The position numbers and the translations under genes are program-made. DNA of 64,000 nt from Candidatus Latescibacterota bacterium (lineage in GTDB: Bacteria; Latescibacterota; UBA2968; UBA8231). Location: contig CBDCDC010000002.1 in NCBI GenBank assembly GCA_965215195.1, forward strand, positions 3,520,001 through 3,584,000, given 5' to 3'. This document shows, piece after piece, positions 9,273 through 19,998 of the stretch. The first letter of the stretch is position 1; every line of letters begins with the position of its first letter. The notes under the pieces are model-generated. The model was not told the origin of the DNA and did no database searches. It saw nothing but the letters and a program-made list of their open reading frames with translations.

Positions 9273-9863
9273 ATGGTAATTCAGCTACCATCAGAGGTTC
9301 GCGAGGACTTTGATCGGTTAAAAAGAAAAGAAATTCTCTCTTGTTCTTTTGAGGATGTATGGCCTAAGCTGGAAATGTATCTATATCTCTTGAGCCGGTG
9401 GTCGAGAAGAGTCAACCTTGTCTCTCGGCGAGAGTTGTCTGTCGTAGCAACTAAGCACTTGAGACAGGCGTTGACTATGGTCCCGGTCGTAGTAAGTATC
9501 CCTCGTCGGCTGGTTATGGATGTAGGATCGGGAGCTGGATTTCCAGCTATTCCATTGAAGATCGCTCTTCCCGACTCATACTTTGTTCTCGTCGAAAGCA
9601 GGAGGAAGCGGGCACACTTTCTCAAGGAGGTTGTACGATCTGTGGGACTTGACTGCATAGAGGTTGTAAACGACCGGATAGAGAATTTGAGTCCCATGGG
9701 AGCGGATCTGGTCACTGCGAGAGCGGTGGCTTCTCCGGATAAACTGCTTGATTTAGTACAAAGACATTTATCTCCTCACGGTTGGATTCTTTCAACACTT
9801 CGTTCGGGGTCGTTGGCATGGAGGACGGATCGAATCGGGAGTACATTGGGGCTATTCCACTAG
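9273..9863 (+). CDS. rsmG: 16S rRNA m7G527 methyltransferase RsmG (GidB)
   Basis: W...VNLVS, DVGSGAGFPAIPL, LVES..KR..FL, VTARAV; start set to ATG 9273 downstream of the parS sites. Confidence 0.9.
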   Translation: MVIQLPSEVREDFDRLKRKEILSCSFEDVWPKLEMYLYLLSRWSRRVNLVSRRELSVVATKHLRQALTMVPVVVSIPRRLVMDVGSGAGFPAIPLKIALPDSYFVLVESRRKRAHFLKEVVRSVGLDCIEVVNDRIENLSPMGADLVTARAVASPDKLLDLVQRHLSPHGWILSTLRSGSLAWRTDRIGSTLGLFH

Positions 9864-9913
9864 TTGCTGTAAGCCCAAATGATCTGGCGTTCCAAGTGTA
9901 GTTTTACCCATAT

Positions 9914-10220
9914 TTATCCACACTTAAAATTAAAAGACCTACGGGATTTAGGTCCTTTGAGGAGGCTTATATGTCTATATGTCTAATTTTATCCAATAGA
10001 TAGGCTATAAATTCAGCAGCGAAGTATTGAGTAGAGTTGACAAGATATGATGTGGAAAACTTGTTCCTAAGAAAGTGGAAAACTCTGCGGTAAATCCTTT
10101 GAAAGAAAAGAAAAAACAAGTATATTTTTAACTGACGTTACGCAGTCTCTCTCTATCTTGTGGATTATCGAAGCCTGTTGCTCCAAGGTATTGGGACGAA
10201 ATTGAGGATTTTCTGGAAAA
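9914..10220. promoter_or_regulatory. Second DnaA-box cluster
   Basis: TTATCCACA 9914-9922, TGTGGAAAA 10051-10059, one-mismatch boxes at 10074-10082, 10159-10167 and 10212-10220 in an AT-rich intergenic region. Confidence 0.65.
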
Positions 10221-10236
10221 CTGCGTAACATCAGTT
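10130..10236. repeat. 17-bp inverted repeat (candidate structured RNA or leader)
   Basis: AACTGACGTTACGCAGT (10130-10146) and ACTGCGTAACATCAGTT (10220-10236), one mismatch. Confidence 0.7.
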
Positions 10237-10298
10237 TTTAACGTGAGTTTCCGAGGACACGGGTTCTCAATACAAGCACCTACAAAATAGGTTCTTTT

Positions 10299-10916
10299 TT
10301 GCTAGATAAATATCTGAAAAAGTGGTGTTTGGTCCTCCTTAGACCGTTGGCGCACTTGTTTATTCGCTTGGGCTTCAGGCCCGATTGGCTGACGCTGATG
10401 GGGCTAGTTATGAACGTGGGGGCAACTGTGGCTTTTGCCAAGGGTCATTTACAATGGGGGGCTCTCATTATGATGGTTGCGGGCCTCTGCGACATCTTGG
10501 ATGGACAAGTTGCAAGAGAAGGCCGCAAGGAGACCAAGTTCGGAGCCTTATTGGATTCGACTACAGATCGATACTCTGAGATATTCATTTATTTTGGAAT
10601 CGGTGCGTATTTGATTGGCCGCGATGAGTGGGTTGCCTCGGGTATCCTCTTTTTTGCCATCACTGGTTCGCTGATGGTTAGTTATGTAAGGGCTCGTGCA
10701 GAGGGGCTGGGCGAGGATTGTAAGGTGGGCTTTATGCAGCGCCCGGAGCGTCTAATTGCCTTGGCCGTGGGGAGCCTGATGGGCCATCAAGGGTTGGTTT
10801 TTGTGCTGGTTTTATTGGCCGTTACGACCAACTACACGGTTGTTGAGCGGCTCGCTCATATCCGCAACAGGCTGAAATCTGGTCCCAATTCGCCCGCTTC
10901 AGTCCAGCAGTCCTGA
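10299..10916 (+). CDS. CDP-alcohol phosphatidyltransferase family protein
   Basis: DILDGQVAR...FGALLDSTTDR signature; SYVRARAEGLG resembles the phosphatidylinositol-phosphate synthase-like subgroup. Confidence 0.9.
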   Translation: MLDKYLKKWCLVLLRPLAHLFIRLGFRPDWLTLMGLVMNVGATVAFAKGHLQWGALIMMVAGLCDILDGQVAREGRKETKFGALLDSTTDRYSEIFIYFGIGAYLIGRDEWVASGILFFAITGSLMVSYVRARAEGLGEDCKVGFMQRPERLIALAVGSLMGHQGLVFVLVLLAVTTNYTVVERLAHIRNRLKSGPNSPASVQQS

Positions 10917-10940
10917 TAAGGGCTAAGGTTTTCTGCCATC

Positions 10941-11582
10941 GTGTCCCGGGGTCATTTCATCGTTTTTGAAGGGGTTGATGGCAGTGGAACTACAACCCAA
11001 TCCCACCTGCTGGCGTCGTATTTAAGGGAAGCGGGTCTTCCGGTTACGCTTACCAGAGAGCCAGGCGGGACGCCGATCGCAGAGAGGATTCGCCAGCTTG
11101 TTCTCGACCCAAGCCTAGAGGGTCTATCTCCTACGGCGGAACTCTTCCTCTACGCAGCTAGTCGTTCGCAGCACGTAGAAGAGGTGATCGCACCGTCGCT
11201 TAATCGGGGAGAGGTGGTTGTTTGTGACCGCTATATTGCATCATCGCTAGCCTATCAGGGATATGGGCGCGGTTTGGATTTGGAAGTGGTCGAACAAGTC
11301 AATCGGCTGGCAGTGGGGGCGTGTTTGCCGGACGCGACAATATATCTGCTCTTGCCCATAGAAGTGGCTTGGGCACGCCTAAGGCGACGGGACGTCGCAG
11401 ATCGGTTAGAGCAAATGGGAATGGCACTCCAAGAGAAGGTCTCCCGAGGCTACCAAGAGATTGCCAAAAGAGATCCAGCAGGCTTGGTTTTTGACACGCA
11501 GTTCGAGATAGATCGGCTAGCTGAAAGAATTCAGGATGCACTGCGCCAGCAGTGGTCGTGGTTTCCCGAGGAGAAAAAGTAA
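10941..11582 (+). CDS. tmk: Thymidylate kinase
   Basis: FEGVDGSGTTT, TREPGGT, CDRY..SS.AYQG. Confidence 0.95.
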   Translation: MSRGHFIVFEGVDGSGTTTQSHLLASYLREAGLPVTLTREPGGTPIAERIRQLVLDPSLEGLSPTAELFLYAASRSQHVEEVIAPSLNRGEVVVCDRYIASSLAYQGYGRGLDLEVVEQVNRLAVGACLPDATIYLLLPIEVAWARLRRRDVADRLEQMGMALQEKVSRGYQEIAKRDPAGLVFDTQFEIDRLAERIQDALRQQWSWFPEEKK

Positions 11583-11584
11583 TC

Positions 11585-13426
11585 ATGCGACACATCTTAG
11601 TGGGATTGATTTTTTTGTTTGCAAGTGGGGGCGCAATCCATGCTGCGACTACGGAAGATCCGTATGCTGAGGTAAATGCCAGTTGGGAGCGTTTCGGGGC
11701 CGTGTATTCGCGCATTCTGGAAAATTATTACGCCCGTCTGGATCAAGAGGAAGTTATGGGCGCAGCCATCAAGGGCATGCTCGGCCAACTCGATCCATAC
11801 AGCGAGTACTATGACGAGGAAGGTTTGCGCCAGTTGCGCCAAGACACGACGGGCAAGTTCGCGGGATTGGGAATTACGGTTGCCATAAAAGATCGTTTTC
11901 CCGTGGTAATTTCCCCTATTGAGGATACTCCTGCCTTTCGGGCCGGGCTGAGACCGGGCGACTTGATCGTCGCCGTTGAGGGCAAAAGTACTTTGGATAT
12001 GCAGCTTGAGTCTGTGGTCAATGCGCTGCGTGGGGACCCTGGAACAAAGGTCGCAATCTCGGTCGCCACCCACTTGGGAGCAACGCCGCGCGAAATTGAA
12101 ATTCAAAGAGAAATCATCAGGATCAAGAGCGTTGTGCTGGTAGAGGAGCTCAAAGGCAAAATCGGGTATATTAGCATGCGCCGGACGCGCTTTTCCGAGC
12201 ATACCTCCAGTGAAGTGGAAGAGGCGATAAAAAGCCTCCCTCGGGTTGAAGGGCTAATTTTAGATCTGCGAGGAAATCCAGGGGGCTTGTTTAGTCAAGC
12301 CACCCAAGTTGCGGATTTGTTTTTACCCCAAGGGGTGCCGATCGTTTCTATTAAGGAACGCGAAGGGCGGAGAGAAGAAGTTAAGTATGCCCACCGTCAC
12401 TCTATTGCGCGAGATATACCCTTGGTAGTTCTGATTGACGAGGGTAGTGCCAGCGCGTCCGAAATCGTTGCTGGAGCCATCCAAGACAATGATCGAGGAG
12501 TGATTGTCGGATCTGCATCCTTTGGCAAAGGTTCGGTACAGACCATATTCGACCTACGCGACGAGGTGTCTAGTGCTCTAAAGCTGACGACGGCACTCTA
12601 CTACGCGCCAAGTGGGCGCAGTATCCACCGCGAACAGGATATAGCTAGGCCAGTGCATCGCGTTCTGTTCGGCCAAAGGGAACTACCTCATCAGTTAGTA
12701 ATGGACCTCGTTTTGCGTTCCGAGAATAGGGCTAAGGCCCTTTCTGCACTCCAAACCCATTTTGACATGGATTCTGAGTCCGCAGAGAGCATTCTCTTGA
12801 TCCGTTTGGGCGATTTAGTGGGTAAATCCGAGATAGGAGCGGCTGGATTGTCGGATACTATTGCAAAAACCTATTATACTCAGCGAGGCCGCGAGGTCTT
12901 CGGCGGCGGCGGTATTAAGCCAGATATTAGTGTTGAGTCGGAACCATTTCCTCCCTACGTACAAGAGTTGGAGCGTCGCCGGCTCTTCTTTGACTTTGTC
13001 ATAGATTATGTATTAGCTGACTCGTCTTGGGCTGAGGAGCATCCAAGCTTGACCGTCAGCGATGAGATGATTAAGAGCTTTATGGAGTTCGTCCAGGACA
13101 GAAGGCTGGATCAAGGCCAAGAAGGGTTGAGTCAAATAGAAGAACTCGCGGACTTGGCTGAGGAAATGGATTGGGGTACGGCGGCACAGGAGTCGATCCA
13201 TCAACTGCGAACAGCGGTGAAGCAGGAGTGGGAGCAGCGATATAGCAGCAAGTTAGAACCTTATATAAAGAGTGCTTTACGTCGAGAACTAGTCTTGCGT
13301 TTCAGGGGCAGAAGGGCCCAACTCCTCGAAGAATTGCAAGAGGATGTACAGCTAGCGAAAGCTATAGAGGTACTCGCAGATCAAGACCAGTATTTGGGGG
13401 TATTGGCCGCGGAAGAAGCTAAGTGA
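11585..13426 (+). CDS. S41 family carboxy-terminal processing protease (PDZ)
   Basis: Signal peptide, LDPYSEY, PDZ GLGI, LDLRGNPGG, SASASEIVAGAIQD, SFGKGSVQ. Confidence 0.93.
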   Translation: MRHILVGLIFLFASGGAIHAATTEDPYAEVNASWERFGAVYSRILENYYARLDQEEVMGAAIKGMLGQLDPYSEYYDEEGLRQLRQDTTGKFAGLGITVAIKDRFPVVISPIEDTPAFRAGLRPGDLIVAVEGKSTLDMQLESVVNALRGDPGTKVAISVATHLGATPREIEIQREIIRIKSVVLVEELKGKIGYISMRRTRFSEHTSSEVEEAIKSLPRVEGLILDLRGNPGGLFSQATQVADLFLPQGVPIVSIKEREGRREEVKYAHRHSIARDIPLVVLIDEGSASASEIVAGAIQDNDRGVIVGSASFGKGSVQTIFDLRDEVSSALKLTTALYYAPSGRSIHREQDIARPVHRVLFGQRELPHQLVMDLVLRSENRAKALSALQTHFDMDSESAESILLIRLGDLVGKSEIGAAGLSDTIAKTYYTQRGREVFGGGGIKPDISVESEPFPPYVQELERRRLFFDFVIDYVLADSSWAEEHPSLTVSDEMIKSFMEFVQDRRLDQGQEGLSQIEELADLAEEMDWGTAAQESIHQLRTAVKQEWEQRYSSKLEPYIKSALRRELVLRFRGRRAQLLEELQEDVQLAKAIEVLADQDQYLGVLAAEEAK

Positions 13427-13494
13427 ACGGCGATAAGCGAGGCGTTGAAATCGTCTATACCATTATATATGACTACTAAGTGTGAGGGTAGATC

Positions 13495-15018
13495 GTGCAA
13501 ACAGAGATTTTTATCAACCAAGGCATTCACGAATCCCGCATTGCCATCTTGGAAGAGGGGCGTCTAGCGGAAGTCTGGATCGAAAGACCCGAAAATGAGC
13601 GGACGGTAGGGGACATATACAAAGGGATTGTAACGGCCGTTTTGCCCGGGCTACAGGCCGCCTTTGTCGAGATAGGCCATGACCGCACCGCGTTCCTCCA
13701 AGTGCGCGATATGGTGGAAGCTGATAGAGGAGAGACCGATGGAGCGCGTAACGGGCGCCGCTCTCGCCATCGCGGTTATCCTCCTATTCAAAACCTGATC
13801 AAGAAGGGCGAAGAGGTACTGGTGCAGATCACCAAAGAGCCCATCGGCACTAAAGGTGCCCGTGTGACAACGCAGCTATCGCTTCCGGGTCGTTTTATGG
13901 TGCTGATTCCGGGAGGCAATTGGGTTGGCGTCTCGCGCAAGATCATCAGTCGGAACGAACGCAAGAGATTGAGAGATCTGGTATTCAAAATCAAGCCCGA
14001 TGGCTACTCAGTAATTGTGCGGACCGAAGGACAGAACCAAAGCGAACGCGAGTTCAAACGCGATATAAAGCAGTTGGAGAGAAACTACGAGCGTCTGCTC
14101 AAGACCAGCAGGAAGGTTGGAGTGCCTGCCTTAGTATACAAGGAAATGGGCATGACCTCCAGCATAATACGCGACCTTTTCACTGACAAGGTGGGACGGC
14201 TAGTCGTCGACAGCAAAGAGCTGTACAAGGAGATCACGGCTTATTTGCGACAAGTTTCACCTGAATTGCGCCAAAGGGTTGAGCTTTACCGAGATCGTCG
14301 GCCCATCTTCGACGCCTTCAACATTGAGGAAGATATCGAAAAGGCCACCAACCGAACCGTGTGGTTGCGGAGGGGCGGAGCTTTGGTCATCGACTACGCC
14401 GAGGCGGGGACCTTCATCGACGTGAACTCAGCTCGTTACCTCGGCTCAGACGATCAGGAGGAAAACAACCTTAATACCAACCTGAAGGCCGCTCGTGAGA
14501 TTGCCCGCCAGCTCAAGCTCCGCGACATTGGCGGCATTATCGTCATCGACTTTATCGATATGAATGAGGAGCGCAACCGCAAAAAGGTCGTTGACTGCTT
14601 GGTCGAGGAGTTCAAAAGGGATCGGGCGAAGGTCTCTATCAGCCCGCACATCAGCGAGTTTGGCTTGGTCGAAATGACTCGCCAGCGCGTCCGTCCAAAC
14701 CTTTTGCACACTCATAGCGAACCTTGTCCCATTTGCAGCGGTACAGGCCGGATTATGGGGCCGGACACAACCCTGACTTGGATTGAACGCTGGCTTCAGC
14801 GTTCCTATGCTGCTACCCGCGAAAGGCGCTACGTGTTAAAGGTTCATCCCGATGTGGCCACCTATATGCTAGAAAATCGCGAGGAACGGCTCAAGTCCTT
14901 GCGCAAGGCGACTAAAGCTCGCCTCCAAATTGAGACCGATTCCACTTTGGGACCCCAAGACTATCGTTTCTTCTCAAGCAAACGCAGCTTAGATGTGACG
15001 GCCGAATTTCGGGTTTGA
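13495..15018 (+). CDS. Rne/Rng family ribonuclease
   Basis: S1 domain IYKG.V..VLPGLQAAFV, IDVNS, LRDIGGIIVIDFIDM, Zn-link CPICSGTG. Confidence 0.95.
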   Translation: MQTEIFINQGIHESRIAILEEGRLAEVWIERPENERTVGDIYKGIVTAVLPGLQAAFVEIGHDRTAFLQVRDMVEADRGETDGARNGRRSRHRGYPPIQNLIKKGEEVLVQITKEPIGTKGARVTTQLSLPGRFMVLIPGGNWVGVSRKIISRNERKRLRDLVFKIKPDGYSVIVRTEGQNQSEREFKRDIKQLERNYERLLKTSRKVGVPALVYKEMGMTSSIIRDLFTDKVGRLVVDSKELYKEITAYLRQVSPELRQRVELYRDRRPIFDAFNIEEDIEKATNRTVWLRRGGALVIDYAEAGTFIDVNSARYLGSDDQEENNLNTNLKAAREIARQLKLRDIGGIIVIDFIDMNEERNRKKVVDCLVEEFKRDRAKVSISPHISEFGLVEMTRQRVRPNLLHTHSEPCPICSGTGRIMGPDTTLTWIERWLQRSYAATRERRYVLKVHPDVATYMLENREERLKSLRKATKARLQIETDSTLGPQDYRFFSSKRSLDVTAEFRV

Positions 15019-15043
15019 CAGAAAGAATTCCGACCTATACCTT
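15015..15043 (+). promoter_or_regulatory. Putative sigma70 promoter of rplU-rpmA
   Basis: TTGACA-17 nt-TACCTT. Confidence 0.6.
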
Positions 15044-15094
15044 TAAAGATTTCTTGGTTGATTGCGAAGCAGTCTTAGCTTAGGAGCGCGATTC

Positions 15095-15412
15095 ATGTAT
15101 GCAGTTGTCAATATCGCCGGCCATCAAGTCAAAGTCGATAGAGGTCAGTGTCTGCGCGTACCCCGGCTTCAGGCCGAAGAAGGTAGCACCGAGGAATTTA
15201 CCCACGTACTGCTAGTTTCCGGCGGTGACGAGATCAGGGTTGGCAGTCCCACGGTCGAGGGGGCCAGTGTTTCGGCGACGATCGTCAGCCATGGCCGCGG
15301 AGACAAGATCGTCGTTTTCAAGAAAAAGCGGCGCAAGAAATACCGGCGGCGCAATGGCCACCGCCAAGATTACACCGAGATTCGGGTCGAGGACATTGTT
15401 CTCCCGAACTGA
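15095..15412 (+). CDS. rplU: 50S ribosomal protein L21
   Basis: MYAVV..AGHQVKV...KKKRRKKYRRRNGHRQDYT; AGGAG RBS. Confidence 0.96.
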   Translation: MYAVVNIAGHQVKVDRGQCLRVPRLQAEEGSTEEFTHVLLVSGGDEIRVGSPTVEGASVSATIVSHGRGDKIVVFKKKRRKKYRRRNGHRQDYTEIRVEDIVLPN

Positions 15413-15433
15413 GTGTGAAAGGACATAGGTATT

Positions 15434-15688
15434 ATGGCTCATAAAAAGGGCGTCGGCAGTTCTAAAAACGGGCGGGATAGCAATGCCCAGCGTCTAGGCG
15501 TTAAGCGCTTTGGCGGAGAGAAGGTCAGCGCAGGCACGATTATCGTGCGGCAGCGCGGTACGCGCATTCATCCGGGCGTTAATGTCAAGAAGGGCGGGGA
15601 CGATACGCTCTTCGCCACAATTGACGGGCAGGTGCAATTTGAGGCTTTTGGCAAGAAAGGCAAGCGGGTGAGCGTTTACGCTGTATAA
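15434..15688 (+). CDS. rpmA: 50S ribosomal protein L27
   Basis: [24 protein letters not shown]. Confidence 0.98.
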   Translation: MAHKKGVGSSKNGRDSNAQRLGVKRFGGEKVSAGTIIVRQRGTRIHPGVNVKKGGDDTLFATIDGQVQFEAFGKKGKRVSVYAV

Positions 15689-15721
15689 GCCGTCATAACG
15701 CGCACTAATCCATAGGAATTG

Positions 15722-15758
15722 AAACAGGCTCCACCAGAATGGTTGAGCCTGTTTTTTT
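15722..15758 (+). terminator. Rho-independent terminator
   Basis: AAACAGGCTC...GAGCCTGTTT stem followed by a T run, between convergent genes. Confidence 0.85.
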
Positions 15759-15804
15759 GACGTTGTGTCTGGGTGATTGGACACATAGTACTCGCTTGGG
15801 ATTC

Positions 15805-16557
15805 TCACTCCTCCAGCATCAGGTGCGATTTAGGCTCCCAGCCCAAGACTGTTCGCGCTTTGGACATATTCATTTCGCGGTGGTCGGCGTCGCCCGATAT
15901 GAAGAAGACGTCGCAGCGGCCATGGCCTGTACATACGTAGTCTAGAGCGGCTAGGTAGGCCTTAGCCAAATCCTCCTCGTCAGTAAAATAAAGGCCGCCG
16001 GGGGGGTAGTGTGGTGGATTTTTGGCTTGTTCTAGGAATTGCGCCCGGGAGCGCGGGCCGGTGATGCGAAGGACCGCCAAGTTCATGTCAAATTGGCGAG
16101 CGAAGTAACGACAAATGCTCTCGGCTAGCCCCTTAGTGAAGCCGTACACACTAGGGCCATCGAGCGGTACTTCCTCCTCGGACGGATAATAGGAGCGGGC
16201 GCGGTAGTGGGCACTCATGGTGGAGGTGTGGATGCCTCTTTTGATACCTAGCTTCCAAGCTGTGTACAGGAGCAGGTGCAGTCCCAGACAGTTGACCGTG
16301 TAGTTATCGACGATCTGGGTCTCGGTCTGGTGGCTGTCGAGGCCGCCTTGGCCGCTCTTCATGGTCAAGTTGATGAAAGCGTCCACCCCGTCTAGGGCGC
16401 AGGCGAGGGCCTCTGGGTCGGCGATAGAGCCTTCGATACATTCTACCTCATGCCGAGGCTTGGCTATGTCCAGTACGCGTAGGTCGTGATGGCGTTTAAG
16501 GTAGGGAGTAGTACAGGTGCCGACGTGGCCGGCCCCGCCGACTAACAAGATTTTCAC
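15805..16557 (-). CDS. NAD-dependent epimerase/dehydratase (extended SDR)
   Basis: GGAGHVG Rossmann motif, catalytic YGFTK. Confidence 0.88.
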   Translation of the reverse strand: MKILLVGGAGHVGTCTTPYLKRHHDLRVLDIAKPRHEVECIEGSIADPEALACALDGVDAFINLTMKSGQGGLDSHQTETQIVDNYTVNCLGLHLLLYTAWKLGIKRGIHTSTMSAHYRARSYYPSEEEVPLDGPSVYGFTKGLAESICRYFARQFDMNLAVLRITGPRSRAQFLEQAKNPPHYPPGGLYFTDEEDLAKAYLAALDYVCTGHGRCDVFFISGDADHREMNMSKARTVLGWEPKSHLMLEE

Positions 16558-16907
16558 GGGCTACCTCCTCGGGGTTTTTGGATATGGCTGAATATTACGG
16601 GACTTTTCCGACGATCAACAGCCCTAGTTTGGTACTTGCGCTGGTCGCTTCCTAGCTCGCCTTGCTGATAGAGGGAGGTTTTTATACTCTTTTGCCTAAG
16701 TACGCGATACCTCCTGTGGGTACGTTCGTGCTTGATGGTAGGACGCCACTGAATGCGAATATTGAATTATATAGCCGTAAATATTGATAAATTTGATAAA
16801 CCATAGCCCCTGTTGGCAGGCAAGCTGCCCGCGTACCCGGCGGAAACCTTAGTGTCGTGTACTAAGCTCTTTTGCTTCCTTTCCACCCAATAAAATAGAT
16901 AATGCTC

Positions 16908-18065
<1,158 letters not shown>

Positions 18066-18078
18066 GAGGAATACAGAC

Positions 18079-18948
18079 ATGAGCGTTTTAGTCGATGAAA
18101 ACACCAAGGTCTTTGTGCAGGCAATTACTGGGTCGGAGGGATCATTTCACACTCGACAAATGCTGGAATACGGCACGAAGGTGGTCGGAGGAGCAACGCC
18201 AAGCAAAGGCGGCCAAGAATTTGAAGGCATTCCGGTGTTTAATATGGTCGCCGAAGGCGTCGAGGCCACTGGTGCCAATGCTTCAATCATCTTTGTACCA
18301 GCCCCCTTTGCCGCCGACGCCATCATGGAAGCGGTCGATGCCGGTATAGAGCTAGTGATCTGTATCAGCGAAAACATTCCCGTGAGCGACATGGTTAAAG
18401 CCTATCATTATGTACAGGCGCACTCTACTCGGCTGATCGGGCCTAATTGCCCTGGCGTCATCTCGCCAGGGAAGTGCAAAATCGGCATTATGCCCGACTT
18501 TATTCACCAGCCCGGTCGCGTGGGTATTATCTCGCGCAGTGGAACGCTGACCTATGAAGCCGTGGGGCAGCTTACGGAGCGGGGCCTAGGCCAGTCCACT
18601 GCCATCGGCATTGGCGGCGACCCAATCATCGGTACGCGCTTCGTGGACGCGCTAGTGCTCTTTAAGGACGACCCCGAGACCGATGCGGTCGTGATGATCG
18701 GCGAAATCGGCGGCACGGCTGAAGAAGAAGCGGCCGCCTATATCAAAGAATGCTACGACAAGCCTGTCATTGGCTTTATCGCGGGACGCACGGCACCACC
18801 GGGGCGGCGGATGGGACATGCAGGAGCCATTATTTCAGGTGGTAAGGGAACGGCCGAGGACAAGATGGCGGCGATGCGGGAAGCGGGGATTCACATCTGC
18901 GAGAGTCCCGCGGAAATTGGGGAAACGGTAGAGAAGGTACTGAGCTGA
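18079..18948 (+). CDS. sucD: Succinyl-CoA ligase alpha subunit
   Basis: [24 protein letters not shown] (phospho-His). Confidence 0.98.
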   Translation: MSVLVDENTKVFVQAITGSEGSFHTRQMLEYGTKVVGGATPSKGGQEFEGIPVFNMVAEGVEATGANASIIFVPAPFAADAIMEAVDAGIELVICISENIPVSDMVKAYHYVQAHSTRLIGPNCPGVISPGKCKIGIMPDFIHQPGRVGIISRSGTLTYEAVGQLTERGLGQSTAIGIGGDPIIGTRFVDALVLFKDDPETDAVVMIGEIGGTAEEEAAAYIKECYDKPVIGFIAGRTAPPGRRMGHAGAIISGGKGTAEDKMAAMREAGIHICESPAEIGETVEKVLS

Positions 18949-18966
18949 TTTAATCTCTGCGGGTTG

Positions 18967-19045
18967 AATTCCCCGCTGCTTGCGGTGTATTCTATTCCGC
19001 ATGAGCGAGTTTCTAATACCCTGCTGCTTGCGGCGGGGTAATTTA
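18967..19045. repeat. Pair of REP-like GC-rich palindromic units
   Basis: CCCCGCTGCTTGCGG (18971-18985) and TACCCTGCTGCTTGCGGCGGGGTA (19017-19040). Confidence 0.6.
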
Positions 19046-19088
19046 TTTGGGGAACGTTTTTCTGCTTAAGTGCCTCCCCTCCAACAGT

Positions 19089-19919
19089 TCAATTACAATC
19101 GGGCGAAGAGAATTCCCTCCTAGTCAGCAGCGGCATAATGGCGGGTTGGCGGCTGAGAAGTAGGAGGCCGGCAAGCAGGATTAGGCTGGCGAGCAGGGCC
19201 AAGGGCATGGGGAGATGTTGGGAGGGGCCTATGCCATCTATGCCTAAGTAAGTGCGCAAGTTGATCCCGGTTATCGAAGCCAAGTTGTTGACCGCGTGGG
19301 CGAGCATGGCAGGATAGATGCTGTGAGTCCAATAGACTAGAGCACCTAGGAAGAGCCCAAAGAGGAAGAGAGGGATCAGTTGCCAAGGGTTGAAGTGCGA
19401 AATGGCGAACAGCAGGGCCGAACTGCCTAGTGCCCAGCGCGGTCCATAATGGGCGTAAAGGCTCGTGAACACAAGCCCGCGGAAGAGAGGCTCTTCGCAA
19501 AACACAGGGGCTAGCACTAGTGTTATCAGTGCCTTCGGGATATTCGCTAGTCCGCGGACAATCTGAATCTCCAGCAGGTTTTTCTGGAAGGATGGCGGCA
19601 TAGATAGGTCTATCAGGCCGAGAAAATAGGCCAGATACAAGTCGAATTCGGCGACTACGAGGCTACAGCAAATAGTCACCGGAATTGTCAGCAACAGGGT
19701 CGTAGCCGGCGTAGCGTTGAACAGAAGCAGGTCTTCGGCGATTAGGCGGTGACGGCGAATATAAAGGACTACAAACCACAAAAGGGTACATTCGGCGGCA
19801 ATAATACCAGCGTGTAGGGATAAGAGGCCGACGATGGGCCAAACAACGAAGTGGGCCAGCAGGAGAGCAGGTAGAGTTACGCGGAGAATCTGGGAGAATC
19901 TGGGATAGTGAGCAGGCAT
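19089..19919 (-). CDS. CPBP (CAAX/Abi) family intramembrane metalloprotease
   Basis: EEPLFRG, FAISH and HAVNN motifs, multiple TMs. Confidence 0.9.
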   Translation of the reverse strand: MPAHYPRFSQILRVTLPALLLAHFVVWPIVGLLSLHAGIIAAECTLLWFVVLYIRRHRLIAEDLLLFNATPATTLLLTIPVTICCSLVVAEFDLYLAYFLGLIDLSMPPSFQKNLLEIQIVRGLANIPKALITLVLAPVFCEEPLFRGLVFTSLYAHYGPRWALGSSALLFAISHFNPWQLIPLFLFGLFLGALVYWTHSIYPAMLAHAVNNLASITGINLRTYLGIDGIGPSQHLPMPLALLASLILLAGLLLLSRQPAIMPLLTRREFSSPDCN

Positions 19920-19998
19920 AGAGCTAGGGAGTTCTTTTGTTCGAGCTAGTCTCTCTGGTTGGGAAATGATGCCATGAAAAATAGAGGCTACTAGGCGA

